Positions 12,601 through 24,862 of a stretch of 64,000 nucleotides of DNA are shown here, piece by piece (the first letter of the stretch is position 1; each line of letters begins with the position of its first letter). The stretch is from Fimicolochytrium jonesii (lineage: Eukaryota), in contig NW_026515687.1 of the NCBI RefSeq assembly GCF_025526975.1, forward strand, positions 434,001 to 498,000. Reading direction: 5' to 3'. The position numbers were made by a program, and so were the translations under genes. The notes under the pieces are model-generated. The model worked only from the letters and a program-made list of their open reading frames with translations, was not told the DNA's origin and did no database searches.

Positions 12601-15600
12601 GTAAACGATCTGATCACGGCCCACGGCTGGATCATCGTTTGTTATGCACAGGGTAGTGTTTCTGATCAGCGCCGTATCGTTCCTGTAATAGAGAGATCGG
12701 TTAATGGACGCAAAACTCTCCCAAAGCTACGCCGTCCGACCCGCCTCGCAACTGAAAGGTCCACCTATCAGTCCACGTTATAACAGACTCACCAAAGAAC
12801 TTTCCAACCTTCCAAGGCTTTCACCGCAGGTTGCGAGTAGAACTGAATATTTGCCTCGAATGGACCGAGCTGATACACGCCATCTGATAGCGTGTAGCTA
12901 AACGCATCCGTACCAGGTGTAGATCCCAGTATTTTAACGAATGGGTACCACGAGTACCATGAAGCGTAAGACGTAGAATATTCCGAGATAATATCGTTCG
13001 CGGTGAAGCTGTATAGGCACGGAGATGGCAAAGCTAGTGTGCAGTTTACCGTATAGTTGCAGCGGCAATACGTCTCGTTGTACAGTTGGGAACCGTCCGG
13101 ATTCTTTATGATTTGACCGAGCTTGGGCGACCGCTTGATTGTAAAGATTAAAGCTTGTTTAGTTTGGAATTTGTCGTTCGCCTGAAGGTGATCCGTTGTG
13201 AGGAACTTTGACCCAGCCTTCCAGTCCACAATGATAGTATTGTTTACGGTGATTTGCGGCGGCACATCAAGGACGAGGGTGAATTGCTGATCCGTGAATG
13301 TGTAGAGTGAATCTGTGAAGTCGTATGTAAATGTTGCGGTCCACCCCAATGGATATGTAGCATTTCCCCAAACACTGAGGTAGCCATTGCGAATATCCGC
13401 TGCCGAAAAGACGGAACCGGGAACCAAGGTCGACGTGTTGCCTGAGACAACTTTGCGAACGGACAGACCGGATGTAATAGTCCTGATTGTGTACAGCTGA
13501 GCCGTCTCGTTTATGCCGATCACTTTCCACGATAATTGCGCGGGTCCGATAGTTCCGCCGAGAGCGGCAAAAGGAACGTAGGCCATGGATGACACTTGGG
13601 ACGGCTTTTGGTGCGCAATGTAATTCATCGTGAAGACTGTAGGGACATTGAACCCATCGGACACGGTCCAAGAGACGTTAGCCGTCGCAAGGTCCGATAC
13701 TCCGAGCAGTCTCGCCTGCCAACCACCCTGAAGTTGGGCGTCGGTAAGTGTAGCGGTGGAGTCTGGTCATAAGGCTCGGATTACTGCGAACTCAAGATAT
13801 GCGACAGTTGGTTGTACTTGACAATGGGATGTGATCTTACCTCCGCTCCAGTACGCGATGTTGTAGTAACTGCCGTCGTAGCGATACCACCGTATGCGAG
13901 GCTGCCCACTCGGTTGAAGTTGCAGCGTCCATACGGTCGAATAAAACGCCCATTTCACTGAGGGTGTCCAAAAATAGCATGTATAGTCACCGTAGTAATA
14001 GTCGCAGACGACTCTCAAATTCTTTTGGGTGATAATAGGCGGCGGTATGAATGTCAGATTCGCGGATCCTAAGACGGCGGGGTTTGCGCCATCGTAAACC
14101 GTGTAATTGAATGTCGAAGAGAATATGGTTAGGTTCTCATACGGCAAGCCGATGAGCTGGAGGCGAGTCCCAAAATCTGACATGACCCATGAGTCGTTTG
14201 CCCCTAGCAGTAGGCCCCCAACCGAAAGTGCTCCAACGGTTGGCAGGCTTGTCAACGTGAACTTCAACGCATCGGGGCCATCTGCATCGGTCCAGGGTAT
14301 CATTGCACCGGTTAACGTTTGATTCGAGCTTAACGGGAATGGTACATATGACAGAGTTCCCGGGCTTGGTGGGACATTGTAGAATTTAATGAAAAAGTCT
14401 CCTGGAAATGAAGCGCTCCTTGAAACGGCGTAAGTATCAATGCCCGATAAACAAGGAAACAAGAGGTGACCTTCAAGTTGCCCTTACGATCTGTCGTCCG
14501 TCACACTAAACCCAAATGAATCCGTCACGTTTCCAACTGGCTTATTCGAGCGACTATGCGTATAACTAACGCGACGGTTGTTGATGTCATCTGCGAAAAG
14601 AAGAATGAGTACCCGTCATCTCCCAGGGAAAATGAGCTGAAATCACCTTGCGTAAAACTCGACGACGAAAGTGATCCAAGAACAGGAGCACGGGTAATGG
14701 TGTAGCGCAATGAGCTTGGATTTGAAACAGTCAACGAGACTAAGTTCAATTGCGAGGACGCTATGGCCGTCGTCGAATACCAGTTGACGAGCAATCCCGT
14801 ATTTTTGGCGACTTGTGGAAGAATATGGTAATTAACGACCAGCGTAACATTTTTCGGAGCCCCACCATTCGACACTTGAAGTTGGATGGTGTAAATGGTT
14901 TCGTTGATGCCGACCGCCATGACTCTGAGCTTGCCACCGTTGACTTCAGCCTGCGTGAAGGGCGCCAGATACGATAGTGTCGTCCACGAGCCGTTTCGCA
15001 AAACTTCCATATACGTTGTGGAATTGATCGCACTCGAGTCGTCCATCATGATGAAGGTCAGATCATCAGGGCCAGTGTCAACGCATGTTACTAGAAGATC
15101 AGACGAGGTTAAAGGGCCGGTGGCATTTGCCGGTCCCGTCGCAGGAACGGCCACCACCACACTGGCCTTTCCAATGACGATTGGTGCGGGCAGAACTTGT
15201 ATATTGAGTGTGAAATTCGTTGGGTTCAAGTTGTATGCGTCTCGAAGTTGGTAAGTGAGAAGGTCAATCCCAAGCCCTTTGTTTTTGCTCGAATACCTTG
15301 AAGGAAAGTCGTCAGTTTCAGTCCTGCGGGGGTGAACCGCAATATCACTTAATCGGATAGTTACCGAATCTTCTGGGCATTAGCGTCCGCCTGGGTCCAT
15401 TGCTGAACGCACACCCAGCTAGCCCCGTTATTTCTTTCGACGCATCCATTCACAAGGCCGCTCACGAGCTTATACGTCGTAGACGAGGAATCATCGTCAA
15501 CATCAGCCGAGCTAAACACCCCTTGCAGAGACACGGAGGTCATTCGGGTGCAGTTCACGGCGGCGCCAGGCAAATTAACGGCGTACGGTAGCGCATTTGT

Positions 15601-18090
15601 GATGAACGTCATCGACATCGGGACGCTTTGCAATCCATCAGTGATGGTTGCAGCCCAGGTCGTGGTGCCGTTCCATGCCGGGGCTGCAACATATTGCAGA
15701 TTCCCATCGGCAATATCCGCCGCTGTGAAGGTATCGTCGACAGCGATCGCGCTCGTGACATTGCCCGACTTGAACACCACCGAGCCTTGATCGGGGACGG
15801 CCGTGACGGTGAAAACCAGCGATTGAGCGGAAGCATAGCCGCTTGTTACCCACAGAGAGGATTGGGAAATCGCGACGGTTCCGTTGTAAGGGAGCTTCAA
15901 CGGGTACGCAGAAACCGTGGGTGCCTGCACATGATAGACGGACCATCCAGTTCCAACTGTTTGCAACCCGTCCGTAACGGAAAGCATGATGGAGCCGCTG
16001 CCGGCACCCGAACCAAGAAAGTTGAGCGATATGGAGCCGCTGCTGATGTCGGCCGGCGTGAAGCTGGTGGTTGAGCTCCAGACCCCATTCGCAAGCAGCT
16101 GGAGTGACACCCCGGCCCATTCCATATCAGATTCAACGTGGAATGTCAAGTCGCTTGCTTTGCTCTCGATATCCGTCGCGTTCAATATCGCGGAAGTTAA
16201 TACTAGGCGATCCGCCTTTTGAGGCTGCACGATGGGTGCGGCTGCGACTTTGGGTCTTGCGTTCGCATAAACCGTGAGCGTCCCTGTCATCGCGGCTGTG
16301 CTAGGTATCGTGACAGTATACGCAAGTGTGGCGTTTCCTACGATTCCCGATTTAGTTGATAGGCGGATCTGCCCAAACGCCACTGCGTTCATCGTAAACA
16401 CCGAATTGACTCGCAAATCGGACCAGGTGTTGACGGCTGTGAGCTGCTGAAAGGTAAAGCCAGCCGTCAATGTGGTGACTTTCAACGAGACGGTGGTCAA
16501 GTTCGCAGCTCGGTTCCCGGTCTTGAAATTGGCAGGCACCAAGACAGTCGGCGCCGCATCCTGTGGCCAAGTCCAAAAGACCGGGCCGCTGGCATACACC
16601 ATGTCATTTGTGATGCTGAGCGCCATGATTGTGTTGGACACTGCAGGCCCGATAGAGTCCGCAACCGTCACATTGATCGACGCACCTCCCAAAAAGGTTA
16701 AGCCGGGGATGAAGTAGATGAACCCCGAGTCGACATCACTTTGAAGGAAGGTCTTGGTAGCTTTGAGAGTGGAAGGTGTACCAAAGCCGTTTGTGAGACG
16801 AGCCAGTGTGCCAGCAGCTGCATTCGAGTAGCCGTTGACAGTCCAGGTGAGGCCAGATGCGGCACTTTCGTCAGAGGCCGAGAGGTGGGATGTCGTTAGT
16901 CTGAGCGGGATGTTGGAGGGTGTAGTCACGGGTAGAAGATTGATCACGGGAATCGGCGGCAGGCTCAGTTTGACGTTGACAACAACCTTCTGAGTGAAAG
17001 TCGTTCCGTCGGTCAACTAAAAGTTTACGTATTAGACGCAGTTTTTTCATCAACCGAACAAGCAGAACGTTCAATGACTTGCAACAAAGCTGAAGCTTCC
17101 CGAGGAGCTCGGCTGGCCATTTCCTGCGTAAGCCGTATGAATGAATGTCACCTTCCCGTTCTGCAAGTCCCCGGATGTGAAAGTTGCTCCCCAAACCAAG
17201 CGATTGCCTCCGACCAAGAAGTACCCAAACAGAGGCTGCGTGTACACATCTGCGTTCTCGTAGATCCAAGTGACGGAAGCGGCTGAAGCCACTCGAGCTG
17301 AACTGGCAAAAAGAATGCTGGTAGGTATCGTCCTGTTTGTGAGAGGGCGGATCTCCAGTGTGTCGGATTGTACAACGAAAGGAGACGCGCAAGTAACACT
17401 GACTCCCGCCCAATAGGGCGTCCGGGCAGCGGAGGTGATACTATTGATGTACATCTCGTCGGAGCCACATCCCAAGGATTCCCAGCTCGAGTACCAGTTG
17501 AGCTGGTTGATATTCAATGAGCAGTAGTACCCAGATTCGGACATGTAATTGTACATGGTGCCGTCTGGAAGCCGGGTGCTTGTCGGGGCCCATTTTGTGA
17601 AATCCAACATGCTGATCTGCTTCGACCCATGGCAATACGGGTTTGGGGTGTACTTTGCTTGGAGATTGTAGTACTTTCCCACTCCACTTTCGTCGAGACT
17701 GAACGTGCCTGCAAAGGAAAGGAACCGTTGTTGTTCACACAAACCTGATCGTGATATTCCTGCGAACCGATCTTTGCAGTACTATAACACACCTGCCGGA
17801 ATAGCTTGATCTTGGCCGAACGACGTGCCGTCTGTGCACGAGAGTCTGATGAGGATATATCCTGTCCCATCTCCATATGCCTTGATGGCATTGATGAAAT
17901 TTCCTATGTTCGTGATTGCATCAGATTCATCTAGGTGCGACCAGGAATGAACAGTGGCAAGGCTCTCACCGGCAGAGCAGGTAAATGTAAACCCATCTGC
18001 GCATTGCTGGGCAGTAGCATGTGATATCAAGAGGATGAGGGCAGCAATTGCCGCAATCCAGAGTCCGCAGCCGTGTTTTCGGGCCACCAT
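9632..18090 (-). CDS. Giant (~2600 aa) type-I membrane protein with tandem CSPG/NG2 (cadherin-like) repeats, Ser/Thr stalk and C-terminal TM; 9 exons
   Basis: Signal peptide MVARKHGCGLWIAAIAALILLISHATA; repeated FT(Q)xD(I)xxGx(V)xY(xH)...DxFxFx(V)xDG motifs; S/T-rich stalk ~9790-10660; TM YIASAAGAGGIAVTSIIGYFLW then KK; 8 introns (approx 17711-17792, 17017-17082, 15297-15364, 14591-14646, 14419-14486, 13764-13840, 12685-12791, 12275-12340) join the ORFs in frame. Confidence 0.85.
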
Positions 18091-18499
18091 CTTGTGGAAA
18101 TGGCGGTGTGTGCGTTATCACCCGCTGCTCAGGATCTAAGCAACGTGAAATCTTGCGAGCTCGCAAGATTCAGAATATTTCAGAATTTAGAATATTCCAG
18201 GGAAGAACAGATCCAATTCAGCGCTTTCCGGAATAGACCAAACTCGCATAATCGAGCGACCAAACTGTGGCGCCTCATATTTTGGCTTTGCGGAAACCGT
18301 CATAAAGCCGTCATCACGTCACGCATCTCGCCCAAATCCGCTCGGCCATCCACCCTAACCCTAGCCCTAAAGATCTCCTGACATCGTTCCGGTGAACTGA
18401 AACTACCCGCGATAATCGCCCCAGCCAGGACGGGAGAGACCGTGACTCGGCGAGCGGCGATCAAAGTCCGGAGCGAGGTGACTGAACCCGGGCCCCAGC

Positions 18500-19780
18500 T
18501 GAGGATACCTTGAAAGATTGAAAGAAAGGCAAAGGTAGGGCGCATATGAAGATGGTGCGTTTTATAAACAAGTGCATGGGACTTTGGTGGTAAGGAGTGT
18601 GAATAGGCCTTAATATGGGATTCCTTGATGTTCAAAGCACCACCGAGGTGAAAAGAAAGGACACGCCTTAAAGCGGCAATGAGCGAGTAAACCCCAGATC
18701 CCGAACATTCCTGACTATCTCCCATCCCCGCTTTCCTCCTAAGTACATAAATGAGCGAATCATCGCTTGGCACTTTATATACCGGTCAAGATTGCGACGT
18801 ATGCCCCTTCACTAATTCTGCTTAGACGACCTTTCATTCTTTCCTCGACCCCTGGTTGCCGAGAACGCCGCCTGGTCGCAACGCGCAACAGCGTTCAAAG
18901 CCCGACGGACCACGGTTGTGAGGCCGTGACTTGTCCTCGTTCGCGTCTGCGGCCAATGCGTTACTTTGCGGCGGAGTCAACTCGGAGGAGCACGCCTTAC
19001 TTGCGGCCGAGTAGACCTATTTCGTACCACCTTAACATGTTCTAGAAAGAAACCCTTCCGTCCTTTCGTCCTTCCGTCGAGATCCTTCCGTCCGCAGTAC
19101 ATTCGACGAGAGGAAACCCATTCATTCCCCAATGATGGACATGTTCCGTGGCCGGACAGGACAGTATTGCCCCGGATTCGCATAGGAGACGGCCCACCCG
19201 CGCTCCCAGACTGAACGATGGTATGGCACCGTCGCTCTTCTCGATGACATGCTGGATAGGTGGCAGCGAAAACAAAAGGAGGTCGACGCGAAAAGGTTCG
19301 AATGCTCAAAGTTGTGGCACCCTGCGCTTTCCGCGTACACCTCAGGTTCCTGCCAAGGGCGCCACGTATGGAGATGTACATTTGAAGCATTACCATCGGC
19401 CGCCGGCAAGCCAAGTCACTCGTATTTCGCCATACTGACCGCGCTGTACGCCATGGACGCAGGGTGCGGATTGCCTGGTCGCGGAAGCCAAAGGATGGCA
19501 TATATATAATATGACGGATAGAACGCATCCCCCGCAGTAGATTCCATACATAGATCGCGTCCCGCCTGTCCAGTCTGCATTTATCAACCACGATGTCCAA
19601 CATCACATCCATTGACTACGCAGCGGCGTTTGAATTTACGAGGAGTTATGCAGTCATCGCGACGATCCTCTACACCGTTTTTGCGATTGTCTTCATCGTG
19701 AAATACTTCACTACTCAGCCAAGACTCAAGTAAGGGGTTGTCTTCGATTTCGCTGATGTCGCTGACGCAGTCACTCACCT
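18500..19780 (-). pseudogene. Unidentified decayed coding relic
   Basis: Short protein-like fragments in alternating frames (SDISEIEDNPLLESW; MDVMLDIVVDKCRLD) with many stops. Confidence 0.2.
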
Positions 19781-19941
19781 GCTAAGATCTTCTCTTCTCT
19801 TCTACCGTAGGCTCCTTTCGTCCCTGCCGTTATTCTGTCTGAGTAAGTTTGACAGCTAAGTGAAGATTTCGCCTCGTGCAGTGTCCTCATCCTTTCTTTC
19901 TGTCGGCAGTCCGAGTCTCAGCCTTCGTAATACGCACGCTC

Positions 19942-20640
19942 ATGACCACAGGCGATTTCGGCCGCGACAAAAACCTCCTATACGCCGAAATAGTGCTCCA
20001 ATCCGCCTCCTTCTTCCTACTGGTCTACACCGCCTTCGACCTCCTGATCCAATGGCTACTGAGCGACTCCATCGAGCTCTCCCCCACCACGCTCGCACGA
20101 CTCCCATATATCCCCAAGGTCGCTCAGTACGGGCTTTCGGGTCTCGCCGCATTGAGCATCTGGTCGCTGGTGTGGAAGTTTTCCGACGACGCTGGCAAAC
20201 TCAATACGGCGGCAATTATGAGCAAAGTTGTCGCGATTGGGTTTACGTTGTTTACCCTTGCTGTCGGGCTTGCGACAGGGTATTTCTGGTTGCGGAGTCG
20301 GAATAGGAAACGTAGCACGGCGCTCGCTAGGGTATGCGTACCTTCGCTTCGTTTCAATATGTTTCGCGATGCTCATATCTTTCTGCTTTCTGCATGTCGA
20401 TAGCCGATCAACGTCCTCACCCTACTGACGCCGTTCCTCTTCATCCGCCTCGCCTTCCTGGACGCCACGCTCCTCGACCACTCGCTATCGACCCCAGAGA
20501 AGTACTTTTATCCGTTCGCCATCCTACCCGAGCTCATCACGCTTCTGATCCTGTCAATCCCTGGAGCATTTGACGCTGCTGTGGCAGTCGCTTCTGAGCA
20601 GGCCGGACGCAGCGCAGAGACTGTCTGGGTCCCGGTATAG
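19942..20640 (+). CDS. Multi-pass membrane protein, RTA1-like C-terminal half (2 exons; intron 20332-20403)
   Basis: Hydrophobic helices; exon 2 PFLFIRLAF...EKYFYPFAILPELI resembles fungal RTA1-type 7TM C-termini; GTATGC...TAG intron keeps frame; may lack upstream exons. Confidence 0.6.
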
Positions 20641-21599
20641 AAGACACTAAAAGAACCATGCCCAGCTCTTGGCAAATAGAGGGGGACGCCACAGCGGACG
20701 GTTACGGAACTTAACTACGTCCTATCATTCCTTAGCTTAGCGAGCGCCTCCGCATATCGGCTCGTTAAGTCTCGCATCCAATTTGTATACTTCGCAATTC
20801 TGAGTTGTTTCGTCACGTCGGTCGGAGACTTGCACTTCTTGGTCAGCTGTGCTCTGCTGTCCCTACAATCTCCCGGGTTTGCCATCGAACTTCTTTGTCC
20901 CAAGAGATTTTCTTCTCCTAGAGGCTCACACACGATGACAATTTTTGGTGTGTCTGACGAATCCTACTGTAGGTCCCCCATCCGGCGCGGTGTCGGAGAG
21001 GACGAGTGACGAAATTCACATGTTGGCGGCAACAAACAGTAAAGCGGGGCCTCGTACAACACGCTGTTATCGACGATAAAGACGATAAACGGAAAGGTGT
21101 ACTTCCGGGACAGGCGAGTCACCCGAGACACAATATGACGAAAGAAAGTCCTGAAGAGGTGACGACTTCCTTCCACATCGAAACGATCAAGACAGGCTGG
21201 TCAGGCCACAGCGTACAAAAGCATCACCTCGGAGAGTACGACGAGAAGAACTGGCGCCATCCGATGTGGAGCTTCGAAGATCAATGCTTCGAAATCAATG
21301 GTACCTCGATATGGAACAGTGGGACCTTATGTAGCTGAGATGCGCTCATTGACCGACGCTAGAGAGAAGAGCAGGGAGCGCCAGAGACTTGCACGCGTGC
21401 GCGAACGTCGGGAGGAGGATCGGGAAGAGATAAACAGGTTAACACTCGCTTATGATAGACTCCTTCGGGAAGACGCTGCCTTGCTGAGGAAAGATGGACC
21501 CTGAGTGCACGTTCGGGTATATATATGGGAGAGTGGGCAAGCACATCCGCATCTAGAGTGTTCAAGCCGTAACTATGTCTGTAAACGAAAACACTGTGG

Positions 21600-23240
21600 A
21601 ACGAGTTCTGAGGCCACTGTGGAAAGCCGATCAACACCTGTTACTTTCATCTGTGCGACTGGTGGAAGGAGATGCCTCCATACTGTTTCGAATGTCTCAT
21701 GGAGAAGGGAGCTTGTAAATGATGTAGAAAGCGTTTCGTGGCGTTGAAGAGAGAGATGGCAGACTGAAACTGACGGAGAGTGGCCTGTGTGGTGAAATGC
21801 TTGGGGGTGACGTTGTGACGGACATGAAGGGGCTGTTCCAAGCATGGACAAGACTCGGCCGGACGCTCCACCAACAGAGCTCACGGAGGACGAGATCAGG
21901 ACCCTGAGCGTTCGCTTTCGGTATCAGAATCCGATCTGTGCATGCGAGGATGCATGCGAGGATGCATGCGAGGATGCATGCGAGGATGCATGCGAGGATC
22001 ACAACAGAGTAGTGAAATTCGCCAACTCGACTACGGGTTTCCACAGCCGCGCATCGTCTGATGCCGTCTCCGCAGCTTATGCGAGCGGACCATATGCTGG
22101 AGGCCGTCGTGTACGACGACTTATCCGCCGAATACAGAACGGCTCTAAAATCGCCGATATTATCAGAACCAGGACGGAGAAGGCTAAACCTGGGGTATGA
22201 GGCGGGACATTCCGCGCCAAAGACTATACGCACAAAGTGACGCAATACGTCAGTCGATTCAACAAACTCGACCAAATCGGCGACCATCTTATGTCCATGA
22301 TGGGAAAGGATATTGCGGAAGTCCATTACAGGAGATTTCAAGAATGAAGGCGGCGTGATCAGCGCAGAGCTAGGAAAGCCTGCTCCGGTTCTTGAACTCA
22401 AGCTCGCTCTGAAGAATGCGGAGACCCACATCACTAGCTTCGGCAGCGCGTGCGCTGGGGGGGCAAAGTCCGTTGTTTGGCATTCTTTTGAAGATCAGCT
22501 GAAGGCGCAATTACAGAGGGTAATCCAAGACAAGGCGATGGAGAACAAGGGGGCGATGGAAAACTATTGCGATTACATTATGACGAAGGAGAGCGGTGAA
22601 CTGAAGAAGCTCGTCAATGCAAACCTCGACCCTACGTCCTTTGTTTGCGGAACAAAGGAAATTGATTGAGAAGATATTCGAGGAGCATCCATGCAAATCG
22701 ATGATTTCTCCCTTCAATCTCGAAGGCCGGAGGGAACGATTCAGCGATACGTACGACAAGCTGGTCGATGCGTACGCGCTGGTGCAACTCGCAAAGATGG
22801 ACGCAATGCTGACGCGTGGCCATCTTGCTCCTCTTTGTAACCCCTCCGCTGGGCGCACTGCTGCTTATTATCAGTATCGTCACGTCCCATCCTGGATTCG
22901 CCTTGATGTTCGGTTTTGTTGGCGCCGGTGCAGTCGCGAAACTGGCGGTTCAAGGGACGGGTTAGGGTAAGGTGGTTCTTGCGGCATCCTTCGGAGCGCG
23001 GGTGTCCTTGTGAAGAAAGTCTACGACTATGTCATCCGTGTTTGCCGGCAGCTCGCTGGTTTCGACTGGAGCATTTTTTCGAACCCAACCCGGCATATGA
23101 TCTCACTCTACAACTACATCAACCGTATGTGGCAGGCATTTGCCAGTTTCGACGGCAGCATCATTTCGTACGCGACCAGGGGGAGATCCTTCACAACCAC
23201 AACATGCATGCTCCAGCTCGCGAGGGGAGCTGAGTAGGTC
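21600..23240 (+). pseudogene. Decayed atlastin/GBP-family GTPase-like gene
   Basis: Ordered remnants VSWR..W.TETDG.W (G2-like), VVTDMKGLF (DxxG), a helical middle region, then a TM hairpin ILLLFVTPPLGALLLIISIV...FALMFGFVGAGAV; frameshifts and stops; no intact P-loop. Confidence 0.4.
21939..21999. repeat. Perfect 12-bp tandem repeat (TGCATGCGAGGA)x5
   Basis: Read directly; translates as (ACED)n. Confidence 0.97.
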
Positions 23241-24202
23241 GTCTCCATGAGGTATTCTCCTGATTCCTTCTGTCTTCAGATAGGTTTTTGCGTACCTATA
23301 GATCAGCTCATATATCATTTTTCACATGCACTTTTGCCTGCAACTGGCTCTGTCCTGCTGTGTAGGTGCCGTTGATGCGCACTTCATCCGCTGATACTTA
23401 TATGCTTGCGAACAACCTATTGAATGTAGCGTTCTTTCTGTTTCATTGCCCTGCTTTAAAACACCGTGCAGTCTGAATCCCGACCTCAGCTCTCAAAACA
23501 TTAAAGGGATACTTGGGCGTTTACCTGACGTTATGTACGCTAAACGGGCAGATAACCTGCCTGAAACGTGCATCATACGTACCGCTTAAGCTGAACGTGC
23601 TGCGGACGTGGCCGGAAACGGGGTTCCACATTCCCGCAAACGCCGATTTGCTTTGGCGGGAGAGTACAAATGGTAGTTTTGGACTGGTGTCGGCTGGATG
23701 TGGGCCAGCCTGTGGTTCCGACTTGAATGCACAGCTCCACAACCGTCTGATGTTGCCTTGATGCTCTTCCGGCATCTAGCCCCGTCACATGGAGCTCAAA
23801 AACGTGGAATCGGGCGCTTTCAATCCTTGTCGGATCGGATTATGGGCATTATAACGCCGACACTAGGCCAAACGAGGAAAACATACCTCTGAAGCGCACG
23901 TTGAAAGCCCCCAAAAATAGTCCGGGACAGCATAAAAGCGTCAGAGCTGGACACGCTGGAAACACGACCCCGATAATATGGGTTCCTAACACCAACGCCG
24001 AGCTGCGACTCCACGTCGAACGCGTTTGGGGATGACGCGCGTGCTTACATAACGCGTTAGATTAGTGCGACTTGACCGCACCAACTTTCCAGCAGCGGCA
24101 CCCGCTCAAAGTCGCGCCGGCGTCGAGATTCTGGGGTCCTGAAATATCTGCTTCTCAACCCCCGGTCCCGTCCGTAACAGAGCGCAACCTCCCTCCCTCG
24201 CC

Positions 24203-24862
24203 ATGTTCCGCGTTCGCCGCCCTTGGCGGAGAACGAGCCGGGGCCCAACGCGTCTGGTTGTCCTCACCCCGTTGCTTGCCACACTGTGTATCCTTCTCGC
24301 CGCCGGCGAAGCACTCTCTCAATCCACCACGGCCAGCAGCCTACCTCCACTCCTCCCGACGCAAAACTCAAATTCGTCCCTGTTTGCGACAGCTACCCCA
24401 ACCTTTAGTAATCACGTATTCACAGCAGGGACATCACGGGCATCCGCGGTACCCACGGCCTCTCCCTACCCCGCAGACGGAAAGATACCATGTACGCCTC
24501 CCAACGGTACCGAGTGTGCAATGGCACATTGCAGCACTTGCGATTTTAAGCATGAGTTTCATTGCATGGAGGTTTACGATGCTGGGGTTAACGAGGTTCA
24601 CCATAAATGCGTGGTGGTCGCAGTGGCGGTAGGGGGCGGTGAGGCAGTTTCTGGAGATGATGGGGTTAGTGAGGCGGATCACGATTGGACAGGAGTCGTT
24701 GTTTTGTTTACGGTCATTCCACTTGTGGGCTTGATCTTGATTTGTTGCGGTGCGGCCTGGTGCGATCGGTGGATCAAGAGGAGAAAAAGAGCAAAGAAAT
24801 TGTTGGCGAGCCAGGCAGGCGGCGGCTCTGCCTCTCAGAAGACATTTGTCGGCTTACCCTGA
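24203..24862 (+). CDS. Small type-I membrane protein (219 aa) with S/T/P-rich linker and Cys/His-rich ectodomain
   Basis: Signal-like LVVLTPLLATLCILLAAG, Cys-rich CTPPNGTECAMAHCSTC...HC...KC, TM VVVLFTVIPLVGLILICCGAAW, basic stop-transfer KRRKRAKK. Confidence 0.7.
   Translation: MFRVRRPWRRTSRGPTRLVVLTPLLATLCILLAAGEALSQSTTASSLPPLLPTQNSNSSLFATATPTFSNHVFTAGTSRASAVPTASPYPADGKIPCTPPNGTECAMAHCSTCDFKHEFHCMEVYDAGVNEVHHKCVVVAVAVGGGEAVSGDDGVSEADHDWTGVVVLFTVIPLVGLILICCGAAWCDRWIKRRKRAKKLLASQAGGGSASQKTFVGLP

Noticed and set aside
21939..21999. Repeat array as a possible CRISPR
   Set aside because: No spacers, 12-bp unit, eukaryotic context
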